From a virus (Duplodnaviria > Caudoviricetes): a stretch of DNA of 38,018 nucleotides. Made by a program: the position numbers and the translations under genes. Location: positions 1 through 38,018 of the IMG/VR virus record IMGVR_UViG_3300029226_000089, one strand, 5' to 3'. The first letter of the stretch is position 1. Every line of letters begins with the position of its first letter. Positions 1-9,440 of the stretch are shown here, in pieces. The notes under the pieces were generated by a model. That model did not search any database. It was not told the DNA's origin and saw nothing but the letters and a program-made list of their open reading frames with translations.

Positions 1-149
1 TGAAACGACCTCATTCGAGTCTGGACAAAATGACTCCAGATGAGTTTTACTATGACCAGCTACCACAACAAAATAAGGTAGCTTAACTAGAGCAGAATAT
101 CACTTATAAATAAGCTTTTAGTTGTTCAAACAAGTGGGACCACCTCTCA
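1..149 (+). mobile_element. Right end of an IS3-family insertion sequence (partial)
   Basis: Frame 3-86 reads KRPHSSLDKMTPDEFYYDQLPQQNKVA*, the RPHSSL..TP C-terminus typical of IS3 OrfB. The element ends in ...GGGACCACCTCTCA (5'-TG on the minus strand) exactly where the benE frame turns into non-BenE sequence. Confidence 0.85.
3..86 (+). CDS. IS3-family transposase OrfB, C-terminal fragment
   Basis: RPHSSL-x3-TP motif; stop TAA at 84-86; 5' part lies outside the window. Confidence 0.85.
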   Translation, partial: KRPHSSLDKMTPDEFYYDQLPQQNKVA

Positions 150-504
150 ATTTTTCAAAATAGCCCGTAATTCCCAAGATCACAAATGCCAGTGCAGAAA
201 GTAAATATGCGCCAATTGCTTCGGAATATGGCACAGTTACAAGCGTCGTAATTAAAAATGCAGCGGCAGGCGTAGACCACGCAGTGATAATGGGTTCGCG
301 GGTATACCAACTTAATAATATTCCAGTGATACCAACCCCAATAGAAATAGACCACACCCATGAGGCAGTGAGTTCAGGGCTAAGACCAGCCATCTGCGCA
401 GCTTGGAAGATTAAAATAAAGGTACCACCATAATTAACAATGACCGAAATTAAACCTGCCATAATGGGGGGAAGAAAATCATTAGAATGATGTTGAAAAG
501 ACAT
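150..504 (-). pseudogene. benE: Benzoate/H+ symporter BenE family, 5' fragment interrupted by IS3
   Basis: Hydrophobic N-terminus with the BenE signature P-I-x-x-AWSTP-x-AA. Only about 118 codons precede the IS; the tail RGGPTCLNN is IS read-through. Confidence 0.85.
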
Positions 505-883
505 AAACTCTACCCCTAAGATTTTAAAAAGAAGTAGTAGAGTGTATTTTTAATGTGGTATTGCCATAAGATACACTTTTAATATTTTTTAAGGTACCAG
601 TTTGGTCATGTGAATTTACTTTCTGCCTTTCTACTTAACTCTGGTAAAGGTGAAGGAGTTAAGAATGGTTTTTATATTGCTAAATACAATGAGAGTAGTG
701 CTTTGAATGCAGCGAAGAAAAATACCCTCAATTTAGGTTTCTTAATGATTTTTTGAATTTCATAGATCGTACAATATAAACAGTTATTACAATTAAAAAA
801 CTATTGAAACAAGAGTTCAATAATAAATATGAGTTTATCCTCTAAGATTGAATATTAAATAAATTTTTCGATAGGATAAAAGT

Positions 884-1366
884 ATGAGCCATAGTAAACA
901 ACTCACCATATTTGATGTCTTAAAATTTAGTCATGAAAAGCAAAGAGAATTATCTGATAAATTAATTGAAACCAGTGGCAACTCAGAAGAAAGAAAGCAT
1001 TATTTCTCATTACTGAAAAATGAATTATTTGCACATGCAGTGGCTGAAGACAGGTATTTTTACATACCTCTTATGATGACAGATGCAGGTTTGAATATTA
1101 CAAGGCATGCTCTGTCTGAGCATCACGAAATTGATGAGCTACTTGAGCAACTTACTGAAAAAGAACTCAATAATCCGAGTTGGTTACGTATAGCAAATCA
1201 GCTACGAAAGCTTGTACATCATCATTTAGATGAAGAAGAGCATAAATTTTTCCAGCAATCTGGTAAAATTTTAAAAGATGATGAAAAACTAAGCTTAGCT
1301 AAAAAGTATCAACATGAATATGATAAATATATTGATAAAGACAAAACAAGTTTAGTTCATCAATGA
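884..1366 (+). CDS. Hemerythrin/HHE cation-binding domain protein
   Basis: H..., HAVAED, EH, HHLDEEE metal-ligand pattern in a four-helix protein; AGGA RBS upstream. Confidence 0.85.
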   Translation: MSHSKQLTIFDVLKFSHEKQRELSDKLIETSGNSEERKHYFSLLKNELFAHAVAEDRYFYIPLMMTDAGLNITRHALSEHHEIDELLEQLTEKELNNPSWLRIANQLRKLVHHHLDEEEHKFFQQSGKILKDDEKLSLAKKYQHEYDKYIDKDKTSLVHQ

Positions 1367-1455
1367 TTTAAACTTTTTTAAATTTAGTACGATAAGGCAG
1401 ACTTGAAAATGATCAAATCATATTAATTGTTTTGTCACTTTTTCAGCTGTTTCGG

Positions 1456-1500
1456 TTCACTCAATCTTTATAGTAAGCTGATCTTTAAAGATTGAGTGAA
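1456..1500. repeat. Perfect 15-bp inverted repeat (possible terminator between convergent genes)
   Basis: TTCACTCAATCTTTA (1456-1470) / TAAAGATTGAGTGAA (1486-1500), 15-nt loop. Confidence 0.8.
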
Positions 1501-1543
1501 GCATAGCGCTCACTCTGAGGGCAGTTTCATATAACACTAATTA
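1487..1543. repeat. Degenerate ~57-bp direct repeat, copy 1
   Basis: Aligns without gaps to 2055-2111: identical AAAGATTGAGTGAAG, then shared ATAG, TGAGGGC, TTCAT, ATTA blocks. Confidence 0.8.
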
Positions 1544-1550
1544 TGATGAA

Positions 1551-1925
1551 CTAAGAAGATAGTAAAGGATTCTTTTTTTCAAAAAAAATTTGCTTAGGCA
1601 TTATTTTGGAGAAATAACCCTCAAATACTAGTTGAGTTCGTTCCCTAAATTCATATATCAATGGTAGTTCCAAATTCCCTATTTTAAAGGAGTCATTCAT
1701 ATCTAAATGAGAGCTTATGGAAAGCATAATTAAGCTAAAAATCCTAAATAGCTCCCAATCTAATATAGCAGATGAATTTCTTTCAATATTATAAATTCCC
1801 CATTCTAAAAGCCAATATTCCTCCATATCCCATATTTTTTCTTCGTGCAACTTTCCTATAAATGATAAGTTTTCATATAAGTCATTGTGAGGAAAATTGC
1901 GCTGTATAATTTTTTTTGCATTCAT
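1551..1925 (-). CDS. Probable polymorphic-toxin immunity protein (Imm41-like), orphan
   Basis: 124 aa with RN...SFIGKL...W...YW.LE pattern, recalled as Imm41-like; very AT-rich; no toxin gene adjacent. Confidence 0.55.
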   Translation of the reverse strand: MNAKKIIQRNFPHNDLYENLSFIGKLHEEKIWDMEEYWLLEWGIYNIERNSSAILDWELFRIFSLIMLSISSHLDMNDSFKIGNLELPLIYEFRERTQLVFEGYFSKIMPKQIFFEKKNPLLSS

Positions 1926-2054
1926 AATTTATGTTCTTTAAACACTATCTAAAATTAATTTAATACAAATTTTACGAAATTCTTGAATTACTTTAATAAT
2001 ATCTCATAATTTACAGGAATGTGAAAGCAACTGATGAATATGTAATTGATGTAG

Positions 2055-2111
2055 AAAGATTGAGTGAAGTATAGTCATCTGAGTGAGGGCTAATTCATCT
2101 AGGACCCATTA
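2055..2111. repeat. Degenerate ~57-bp direct repeat, copy 2
   Basis: See 1487-1543. Confidence 0.8.
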
Positions 2112-2164
2112 TATTAAATTTGATAATTTTGTACTTTTAAAATCTGCTAAACACTGAAGATAAA

Positions 2165-2189
2165 AATGCCAATCAAATTGATTGGCATT
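2165..2189 (-). terminator. Probable intrinsic terminator after DUF2171 gene
   Basis: AATGCCAATCAA-A-TTGATTGGCATT hairpin with a T-run on the minus strand. Confidence 0.65.
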
Positions 2190-2219
2190 CTTGAAATAGC
2201 AAATTACTTTAGGTAAAAG

Positions 2220-2460
2220 CTATAATGTTTGCCACGCATTTCTTGCTTCTTCTGAATTTTTATTCAAAATTACGTTTCCATCTTTAATTTCACTCACCCA
2301 ACTTAATGGAATCAGATGATGTTCATTATGTTCATCATCACTTCGAGTCAATTTAATTGAATCTTGTCCCTCAAGATGGTCAACCTTACCGATCTGTGTA
2401 CCACATGAAGCAATTACTGAAGCATGTTCTTTAATATTGTTTGCATTAACGTTACTCATA
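2220..2460 (-). CDS. DUF2171 domain protein
   Basis: IKEH..VI.S.G..IGKVDHLEG..IKLT.SD...HH.IPLSWV pattern. Start placed approximately at MSNVNANN rather than the upstream TTG at 2483. Confidence 0.8.
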
Positions 2461-3057
2461 ATGTTTGCCCATCTATTGTTCAAGTTGAAATATCAGTCTA
2501 AGACATTTAAAAATTAGTGATGTAAGTATTTTTAAGCTTTAAGTTTTGTTGAGTTAATAATGTAAGGTTTATAGATTTATTTAATTTATAAATGTCATTT
2601 TTGAATAAATATATAAAATTAAAAAATAATGTGATTCTGTTCTCAATTAATTAATTTTGTTATGCTTTATTCATTTGTTTTTTGTGATGTAATTATAATT
2701 TATAAGTTTTATTGAGGTTTTTTTGATTATTTTATTTTTTTTGGTCTTAATGGGGTGTTTGAAATTGTTTCTGTAAGATTTTGTTTTGTAATGCTTTATT
2801 TTTAAATAATTAACGGTAAGATTTTAATGTGTTGTATTGTAATTTAATGTTATTTATTTAAGAATTTCTAAAACGACAATACTCAATAGAGCTGGGGTTT
2901 TGAGCTGAGTTTATTTTAATTTAGTTAATTTTATTTTGTACAAACCTTTCTTGAAACTATAACAAATAGCAATATTAAATAAAAATATTTGATCTAGGAT
3001 GATTATCGTTGATTGATTAATTGAATTAATAACTTTTATCAAAATAGAGGATTAAAT

Positions 3058-3588
3058 ATGTCAAATTCTAATATAGATAACGAAGTAGTTAAGAATCTCA
3101 GTAAAGAACAACGTGACCAATTGAATGCCGATCCAATTTCCGGTGAGCCAGGAGCACACCCAATCGGGACAGGTGTTGGAGCCGCAGGCGGTGCAGTAAG
3201 TGGTGCAGCTATTGGAGCTGTTGGCGGACCTGTAGGTGCTGCAGTCGGTGGAGTAGTAGGTGCAGTTGTTGGCGGATTAGCTGGAAAAAGCATTTCTGAA
3301 GCTGTAAATCCAACTGATGAAGATGTTTATTGGCGTGAAACTTACAACACTCGCCCTTATTATAAAGACACGATTAACTTATATGATAATGTAGATTACG
3401 ATCGTGATTATCGTGATGCATATCAGCTAGGGTACACTTCTAGAAGCAATTACCCTTATGAAACAAAGTTTGAAGAAGTTGAAGCAGATCTTAAGCTTCA
3501 ATGGGAAAAAACCAAAAGAGAGTCTCGTTTAAAATGGGAAGAAGCAAAGCATGCAGTAAAAGATGCTTGGGATCGAGTAACTCGTTAA
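3058..3588 (+). CDS. Glycine-zipper-containing hypothetical protein
   Basis: GAHPIGTGVGAAGGA...GGLAGK glycine zipper and C-terminal SRL.WE.AK.A..DAW; GAGGA RBS. Confidence 0.8.
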   Translation: MSNSNIDNEVVKNLSKEQRDQLNADPISGEPGAHPIGTGVGAAGGAVSGAAIGAVGGPVGAAVGGVVGAVVGGLAGKSISEAVNPTDEDVYWRETYNTRPYYKDTINLYDNVDYDRDYRDAYQLGYTSRSNYPYETKFEEVEADLKLQWEKTKRESRLKWEEAKHAVKDAWDRVTR

Positions 3589-3597
3589 CAGATACTC

Positions 3598-3633
3598 AAA
3601 AAAATAGCCCTTCAATGTAAGGGCTATTTTTTT
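3598..3633 (+). terminator. Intrinsic (bidirectional-type) terminator
   Basis: A-run, TAGCCCTT-caatgt-AAGGGCTA, T-run. Confidence 0.85.
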
Positions 3634-3773
3634 GTCACTAGTAAACAAATGGCAGCAATCCACTACAACCATTAATTGTGGTAACATATTGAAAATCCAA
3701 GTGAATGCAATGATATGCAATCTATGCCAATCCAATACAGACTGAGTGGATTCTACTTTTGGTATTACCGCAC

Positions 3774-3878
3774 TGTGGACTCACAAAAAGTATAAAAACA
3801 TTACATTTCAATAATATAGGTATAAATTTTCGTGGGTTTTATTGTAGTAAAATAGTGCTTGTAGACTATTTGTAGACT
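3774..3878 (+). promoter_or_regulatory. Putative integrase arm-type binding sites
   Basis: TGTAGACT twice in tandem (3860-3867, 3871-3878) plus TGTGGACT (3774-3781) upstream of int. Confidence 0.45.
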
Positions 3879-3926
3879 TGTTGGGAAACAGGTATAAGTC
3901 GGAACTTACTACAGTTGGAATTAGAC

Positions 3927-5189
3927 ATGAAACTCAACAAATCTATAGTTGATGGTATTCCATTGACAGAAAAAGGTCAAAAAATGTATAGGGATGGTGA
4001 TCTAATTGGATTCGCTGTCAGAGTAACAAATAAGAGCAAAACTTATATTATTGAAAGACGTTATAAAGGTGAGTTGTTTAGAGTAACTATTGGAAAAACT
4101 ACTGACTTACCATTTACAAATGCTCGTGCCAAAGCACAAATGATCTTAGCTAAAATTGCAAACGGTGAATATAAAAAAGAAATCAAATTTGTAGATGTTC
4201 TTGATCCCTTAGATATAACTGTTAGTGATGCTTTAAAAATATATTTAGCTAATAATGATTTTAGACCTAAAACCATCAATCAATATAAGAAGTATTTTAG
4301 TGCTTACTTAAAATGGGATGATAAGAAATTATTTTCAATCACCAAACAAGAAGTTCTTGATAAATTTATTGAAGTTTCAAATTTAAGTGAATCTTCAGCC
4401 AATAGCTCTGTTTCACTTCTCGGAACTTTATGGAGATACATTCATGTCCTTCATTCAACGGATGAAAAACCAATCCTTAAGAGTAATCCTGTTGAAGTGA
4501 TCAACGTTACTAAAGGATGGAACAAAATAAAAAGTAGGGAAAGATATTTACATAAGGACATCATTCATCCTTATTACAATGCAGTTTTAAATTATAAGGA
4601 TGAGCTGAACTTAGAAGACACTGCTAGATCGAACACGAACCGTGACATTATCTTATTTTGTATGTACACAGGTTGTCGAAAGCAGGAAGTGTGCTGTTTA
4701 AAATGGAGCGAAGTAGATCTTAAAAAAGGGAATATCATCTTTTTAGATACAAAAAATGGTAATGACCATACTTTTCCGATTGGAAATCATTTACTAAGTA
4801 TTTTGAAAGAACGCTGGTTACTACGTGAAAATGATTGGGTATTTCCTGCAACCAAAATGCCTACTTCTTGGAATATGCACGCTACCAAAGTTGATACTTT
4901 ACTGAATAAAGTTGGTGAGAAAGTTAACTTTTACGTATCACTGCATGACTTTAGACGTACATTTGCCACTATCTGTAATCTATTAAGATTTAATATCTAT
5001 GTTACAAAGCGGCTTTTAAATCACTCAGCACGCCCACGTATTGATGTTACTGGTGGATATGTCCAAATTCCAGATGAAGAACTTAGAGTATGTATGAATA
5101 TGGTTGAAGCTGTATATCAGGGAAAAATTGATTGTTTCAATTACCAATCTGTTTGGAAAGAGCGTTTAAAAGAATTAAAGGCGGGGTAA
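3927..5189 (+). CDS. int: Tyrosine recombinase (phage integrase) with N-terminal arm-binding domain
   Basis: Catalytic R (YTGCR), K (DTKNG), HxxR (LHDFRR), H (LLNH), Y (GGY); ATG at 3927. Confidence 0.95.
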   Translation: MKLNKSIVDGIPLTEKGQKMYRDGDLIGFAVRVTNKSKTYIIERRYKGELFRVTIGKTTDLPFTNARAKAQMILAKIANGEYKKEIKFVDVLDPLDITVSDALKIYLANNDFRPKTINQYKKYFSAYLKWDDKKLFSITKQEVLDKFIEVSNLSESSANSSVSLLGTLWRYIHVLHSTDEKPILKSNPVEVINVTKGWNKIKSRERYLHKDIIHPYYNAVLNYKDELNLEDTARSNTNRDIILFCMYTGCRKQEVCCLKWSEVDLKKGNIIFLDTKNGNDHTFPIGNHLLSILKERWLLRENDWVFPATKMPTSWNMHATKVDTLLNKVGEKVNFYVSLHDFRRTFATICNLLRFNIYVTKRLLNHSARPRIDVTGGYVQIPDEELRVCMNMVEAVYQGKIDCFNYQSVWKERLKELKAG

Positions 5190-5195
5190 CCGCCT

Positions 5196-5462
5196 TCAAA
5201 CTAACTGAGCAGTACAGGTAACTGTTCTGCTTTTTTCATACTGTAGCACATCACGTTTTTTATAACTGATCCTTCTGCCTATCTTCGTAAACGGTAAGCT
5301 ATTTTGCTCACATCTCATTCGCGCAAGTGTCCATGGTGAGCAATCGAGATATAGCGCCACAACTTCTTGAGGAAAATTCTTATCCTCTTGTGCATTTAAA
5401 AAGTCATTCAGAGCTTTTTCCTTTTTTTCGTCGGGTGCATCTCTTAATGTTTTTAGTGACAT
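5196..5462 (-). CDS. Excisionase-like HTH DNA-binding protein
   Basis: VALYLDCSPWTL..MR...LPF.KIGRRISY MerR-like winged HTH; convergent with int, with a hairpin at 5178-5196. Confidence 0.8.
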   Translation of the reverse strand: MSLKTLRDAPDEKKEKALNDFLNAQEDKNFPQEVVALYLDCSPWTLARMRCEQNSLPFTKIGRRISYKKRDVLQYEKSRTVTCTAQLV

Positions 5463-5591
5463 ATAAGCTCCTTAAATTCATAAATAAATTTTAAAAATAG
5501 TGGCTTAAATGCAGCAACTTTCAACTGTTTTTGATACAAGTTACTGCAACATTTAGCGAACAAACTTCATCATCTGTATAACAAGCTAAAT

Positions 5592-6524
5592 CTATGCTGT
5601 TAATTCAGCTTCTTTACGCTCATATATAGAATTAATGTTGTCGATTTGAGAGTTAGAAAGATGTGAAGTGTTTGGTTCAAATCGTTCTTCCATAAGTTTA
5701 TTAATATTTTCAGTATCAGCTGATGCCTCAAGATCTATGATTAATTGTAAGTAAAACTTATGGGTACCATATGCAGTTTTAATTTCTGTTTGCGCTGGCT
5801 CACCCAAATCGGTTGGAAATGTAGAAGCTAAACTTTTTAGCTCCTCTAATGTTTGAGTTTCAGTGATTTTTGCTAATAATTCACTTGTATCGAATGTATA
5901 AACTTGTTCTACAAATTTTTCTTGTTGTTGCCCTTGATGTTCAAGGCGTGCTTTTAGCCAAGAGGCACCTTGATGTTTTTTAATATTTGCTGGTTCAGGA
6001 GTTACATCAATTTCTTTATCACGTTCTTCTTCTGCTACACCAAAACCTTTTAAAATATCTGTAAACTCATCTCGCAGTGCGTATCCACGAGCGCGCATTT
6101 GCATCATTCGTTTAGGATATTGTGTCCATGGACCTTGTTTACTTAGTAATCCAGCACGTTTAGCATCTTCCTTACTAAATGTTTTAGTTACGGCTTTTTG
6201 ACCTTTACGTTTAACAATACAAGTCGCCATATCTTCTGTTTGTGTTTCTTCAAATTGTTCCAGCAGGCCTGAGTTACGCACTAAAGCAAGAACAGCATCA
6301 CCCCATAACGAAGGACGGCCATTAATACATGCTATGTTTTGTAGAGCCTGCAAAGGTTGTAAACCAATTTCCGCTCCCCATTGCATAGCAACTAAAATAT
6401 TACCAGGTTTTTTTTGATAATCCTTAGGCACAATTTCAGAGTTTGCCAACAAATCAGCAATTTGCATTGCTTCAGTAAGATTTGAAGGTGTTAAAAAACT
6501 AGTATTTTGTACTAATGCATTCAT
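5592..6524 (-). CDS. recT: RecT-family single-strand annealing protein
   Basis: G.EIGL.P.QALQNI..INGRP and W..YP.RM...RA motifs; adjacent to YqaJ. Confidence 0.85.
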   Translation of the reverse strand: MNALVQNTSFLTPSNLTEAMQIADLLANSEIVPKDYQKKPGNILVAMQWGAEIGLQPLQALQNIACINGRPSLWGDAVLALVRNSGLLEQFEETQTEDMATCIVKRKGQKAVTKTFSKEDAKRAGLLSKQGPWTQYPKRMMQMRARGYALRDEFTDILKGFGVAEEERDKEIDVTPEPANIKKHQGASWLKARLEHQGQQQEKFVEQVYTFDTSELLAKITETQTLEELKSLASTFPTDLGEPAQTEIKTAYGTHKFYLQLIIDLEASADTENINKLMEERFEPNTSHLSNSQIDNINSIYERKEAELTA

Positions 6525-6536
6525 GATTAATATTCC

Positions 6537-7523
6537 TTAAATTGTTTCTTTAAATTTGTTTGAAATACGGAAAACTCGGGTGCTGGAGGTTTTGCTATAT
6601 TTCGCAAATAAATCTGGATCTTCTTTTTTCAACAGGGTACTGTCGATACGAGTTGAAGATTGTTCTTTGTAGGAGCAGATGGTGTTGCCTTGGCTAATCA
6701 TCATTTCTGCATCTTGCATATTTGTAACGATCGCTAATTTGATTTCATCTTCGCGAGCTTTATTAGCTTTTTGGCGATTTTGAACAGCGATAAGTTCATT
6801 AGCGAGTTTGATATGTTCACTATTTGCTTCAACCTGTTTACCTTCCACATGCTTTGACCAACGATGTAAAACATCATCAAAGCAAGTAGGGGCAGGTGGA
6901 GTGTCGGCAATAACATGATTGAACCAAAAAGATTTAACCTGTTGAAAGATTGACTCAATCAAATCATCATCACGTTCAATACGGTACATACGGAATTTGT
7001 TGCCACCAATAAGAACGGCAAGGTGCCATAGTTGAAAGCCCGTAAGTTTCATGTACCAAAGACACTGTGTTAGGTAATAATCAGGAATCTGGTCTGAACC
7101 TTCTTCACCAAATAATTTAGATAGATATTCAGAAGCTGTTTTACATTCCAAACCTTGGTCTGTGGTTAAGCGACCTTTTTTAAAAAAAACACGGCCTGCA
7201 ATTTCAGGGTTAATGACAGCGCGATCAATATTCCCAATTGCCCACGGTTCACCAAGCTCAGCTAACGAAAGTTGCTGATTAACACGTTGAACTTTGACAT
7301 TCATTCGACTTGAAAACTCTTTTGCCACTACATCTTCAAGTAAATTTCCAAAATGAGCAGATTCACTTTGAGTATCTGAATCTTCAGAACGACCAGTTTT
7401 ATCAAGCCATAATTGAAAGGGTGACTTGTAAGGACTAAATCCAAGAATTGCTGCAACATCCGAACCACCGATACCTTTCTTACGAGCTGCCAAGAATTGG
7501 GCATGATTAATTTGAGTGTTCAT
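6537..7523 (-). CDS. YqaJ / lambda-exonuclease family viral recombination nuclease
   Basis: RKKGIGGSD, G..LE, D..., LECKT, Y..Q...YM motifs. Confidence 0.92.
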   Translation of the reverse strand: MNTQINHAQFLAARKKGIGGSDVAAILGFSPYKSPFQLWLDKTGRSEDSDTQSESAHFGNLLEDVVAKEFSSRMNVKVQRVNQQLSLAELGEPWAIGNIDRAVINPEIAGRVFFKKGRLTTDQGLECKTASEYLSKLFGEEGSDQIPDYYLTQCLWYMKLTGFQLWHLAVLIGGNKFRMYRIERDDDLIESIFQQVKSFWFNHVIADTPPAPTCFDDVLHRWSKHVEGKQVEANSEHIKLANELIAVQNRQKANKAREDEIKLAIVTNMQDAEMMISQGNTICSYKEQSSTRIDSTLLKKEDPDLFAKYSKTSSTRVFRISNKFKETI

Positions 7524-7526
7524 GTG

Positions 7527-7973
7527 TTAACCTCCCAATTTTTGTAATTTTTTGGTGATTGAATCTTCCAAAGCATCATTAATCTTAGAAAGCTCGATAC
7601 GATCTAAGTAGGCGTTAACTTCACCATCTTCATCACCAATCAATTCAGGTTCTAAGCGATCAATTTGAATTCCTATCGCATGGTTAATGCCATTACCTGC
7701 ATCAAATCCTGAGAAATCAAAATTTACTTCGATGAAATATTTATCATTTGCCGTGAGTAATGTAGCGCGGCAATTGTGATAACAATCGTTATATTTACCT
7801 AAATCGAGCTCATCCACTTTATAAGTGTCAGAGGCAACGATGACCTGTTGCTGCTCATCAAGTGGAAGCTTTGCTGGTTGGTACATTTGTACTGAAGCTA
7901 ATACCGCTGTCATGGCAATTGCACTACTTAAACCGAACAAAACGGATTTGAAATTTAATGAAACCATGTTCAT
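7527..7973 (-). CDS. Hypothetical phage protein with N-terminal hydrophobic segment
   Basis: Start reassigned to ATG 7973 (GGGAG RBS upstream); signal/TM-like N-terminus. Confidence 0.7.
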   Translation of the reverse strand: MNMVSLNFKSVLFGLSSAIAMTAVLASVQMYQPAKLPLDEQQQVIVASDTYKVDELDLGKYNDCYHNCRATLLTANDKYFIEVNFDFSGFDAGNGINHAIGIQIDRLEPELIGDEDGEVNAYLDRIELSKINDALEDSITKKLQKLGG

Positions 7974-8006
7974 AATCTCCCTTATAGCTTTTGCTATATC
8001 CTTTAA

Positions 8007-8045
8007 AGAAGCCCCGTCCTCGACCAAAATTTCGGGGCTTTTTTT
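8007..8045 (-). terminator. Hairpin/terminator within the leftward early operon
   Basis: AAGCCCCG...CGGGGCTT stem with flanking A/T runs. Confidence 0.55.
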
Positions 8046-8061
8046 CGCCTAATGTTTATGT

Positions 8062-8886
8062 TTACGCTTGGAATGTACCAATTCGAACAGGATTTTCAGG
8101 AAGTAGCGCAATTACTTTTTCTTTAAACTCTTGAATGATTTCATTGCGTAATAGTTCTTCTTTCACGATTTGTAGTGAGAAAATTGGCTCACCATCTGAA
8201 CTGTTCACCACTAAACGTAAACGGATAGTTTTTTCATCTAGGCCAACATATGCAGAATCATTGATTTCGAAATATGAAGGTAATTTACCTGTTGTACTTG
8301 AAGCCTCTACTTTGTCGAAAACAGAACGAGTTTCTTGCAAATTTGAAACTGATGAATCCGTAGTTGAGGAAGCACCAACTTTCATATTGCGAACTGCGTT
8401 AATTGCCTCAGCAATATTGATAGGTTCATATGCTTCAGATGTTGCAATGAATACAGAAGCCCAATCTTCAAGAAGTGTTGCGAAACGTTTTTGATTAAGT
8501 TTTTGATCTTTAAGTTGGTTTAGTTTTTCCCAAACTACTGTTGGTTCAAGTTGTAAAACCGCCTTATGATCACAGTGGCCTTGAGACAACCCAACAACTT
8601 TGAAGTTTAAAATTGCTGTTGCGGATACATTCTTGTGGTCAACAAATACAGGGGCATAAATTTTTACTTCTGGAACACAATTTTCAGACTGTGTATTACT
8701 TAATACATAAGTTTTAAAGTCTTCAAAAGATGGAGTTTTTAAAACACCACGAGCACGGTTACGGCCAGCTTGAAATTGTTCTAAATCATGAACTTTGAAA
8801 TTCTCATGAACTGCAACAAGTTCACCACGGCTTAAATCATTGACTGGAAGTGCAAGTTCAACGATTTCTTTAGCAGAGTTTTCCAT
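8062..8886 (-). CDS. DUF2303 (YfdQ-like) phage protein
   Basis: R.R.RG, GH.DH.A.L, Q..FA..LEDW motifs. Confidence 0.85.
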   Translation of the reverse strand: MENSAKEIVELALPVNDLSRGELVAVHENFKVHDLEQFQAGRNRARGVLKTPSFEDFKTYVLSNTQSENCVPEVKIYAPVFVDHKNVSATAILNFKVVGLSQGHCDHKAVLQLEPTVVWEKLNQLKDQKLNQKRFATLLEDWASVFIATSEAYEPINIAEAINAVRNMKVGASSTTDSSVSNLQETRSVFDKVEASSTTGKLPSYFEINDSAYVGLDEKTIRLRLVVNSSDGEPIFSLQIVKEELLRNEIIQEFKEKVIALLPENPVRIGTFQA

Positions 8887-8939
8887 TTCTATTACCTATT
8901 GGATGGTTAATTAAAGTGCTTAAACGAAGTAGGGCTTAA

Positions 8940-9269
8940 TTAAGCATCTTCAGTGAATAATTGGCTTGTATGGTTTGCGAATAAAGTGACGTCACCACCT
9001 GCGTTCAAATGCATTGGAGTTTTTGAGGCTGTGTCTTCTGCACGTTTACCTTTTGCTGTTGGCTCGACATAGGCAAGGGTATGGGCAATTTCTACTTGGG
9101 ATGAATCACCGATACGAGCAATATCAAGTGTGATTTTAATTTGGCCTTTTTTGTTGTGGGCTACCGCACCTTGAGCAACCATGCTGATAGCAGCACCTAA
9201 TTGGTTTGCAAAAGTTCCAGCGCCTAAGTCGCCAACAAATTGTTTAGCGTTTGTGGGTTGATTTGACAT
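8940..9269 (-). CDS. YfdP-like conserved phage protein
   Basis: F..DL..G.F, KKG.I.I.L, PT.KGK..E....TPM motif directly upstream of DUF2303. Confidence 0.7.
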   Translation of the reverse strand: MSNQPTNAKQFVGDLGAGTFANQLGAAISMVAQGAVAHNKKGQIKITLDIARIGDSSQVEIAHTLAYVEPTAKGKRAEDTASKTPMHLNAGGDVTLFANHTSQLFTEDA

Positions 9270-9303
9270 TTTTTATCTCACATTGGGTTATTGTGTGAGA
9301 TAA

Positions 9304-9366
9304 ATATTAGGTAAACCTAATTAATTAGTCAATAGGTATTCCTAATTTATTTTTAGGTTTACCTAA
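9304..9366 (-). promoter_or_regulatory. PL promoter with three repressor operators (OL)
   Basis: TTAGGTAAACCTAA 9307-9320, ATAGGTATTCCTAA 9332-9345, TTAGGTTTACCTAA 9353-9366; minus-strand TTGACT-17-TAATAT. Confidence 0.85.
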
Positions 9367-9382
9367 GTTTCTTTAAAAATCG

Positions 9383-9406
9383 AAAGAAAACCTGCAATGT
9401 GCAGGT
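9383..9406 (-). terminator. Terminator of the cI operon
   Basis: ACCTGCA-3nt-TGCAGGT followed by TTTCTTT on the minus strand. Confidence 0.7.
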
Positions 9407-9440
9407 CATGATGTAGGATACAAAATATGAGATTTGAGTC

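Noticed and set aside
2490-3050. Long extremely AT-rich intergenic region with several TGTAA words, possibly response-regulator sites
   Set aside because: Spacing is inconsistent and such words are expected at this AT content; specific sites cannot be supported.
3039-3293. Pro/Ala/Thr-rich ORF on the minus strand
   Set aside because: Antisense shadow of the glycine-zipper codons of 3058-3588.
7974-8027. N-terminal extension of the 166-aa ORF call
   Set aside because: It runs through a hairpin; a better RBS and ATG lie at 7973.
8135-8494. 119-aa plus-strand ORF (and similar short overlaps such as 4061, 6734, 12914, 14342, 21070)
   Set aside because: Fully overlap well-supported genes and have no recognisable motifs.
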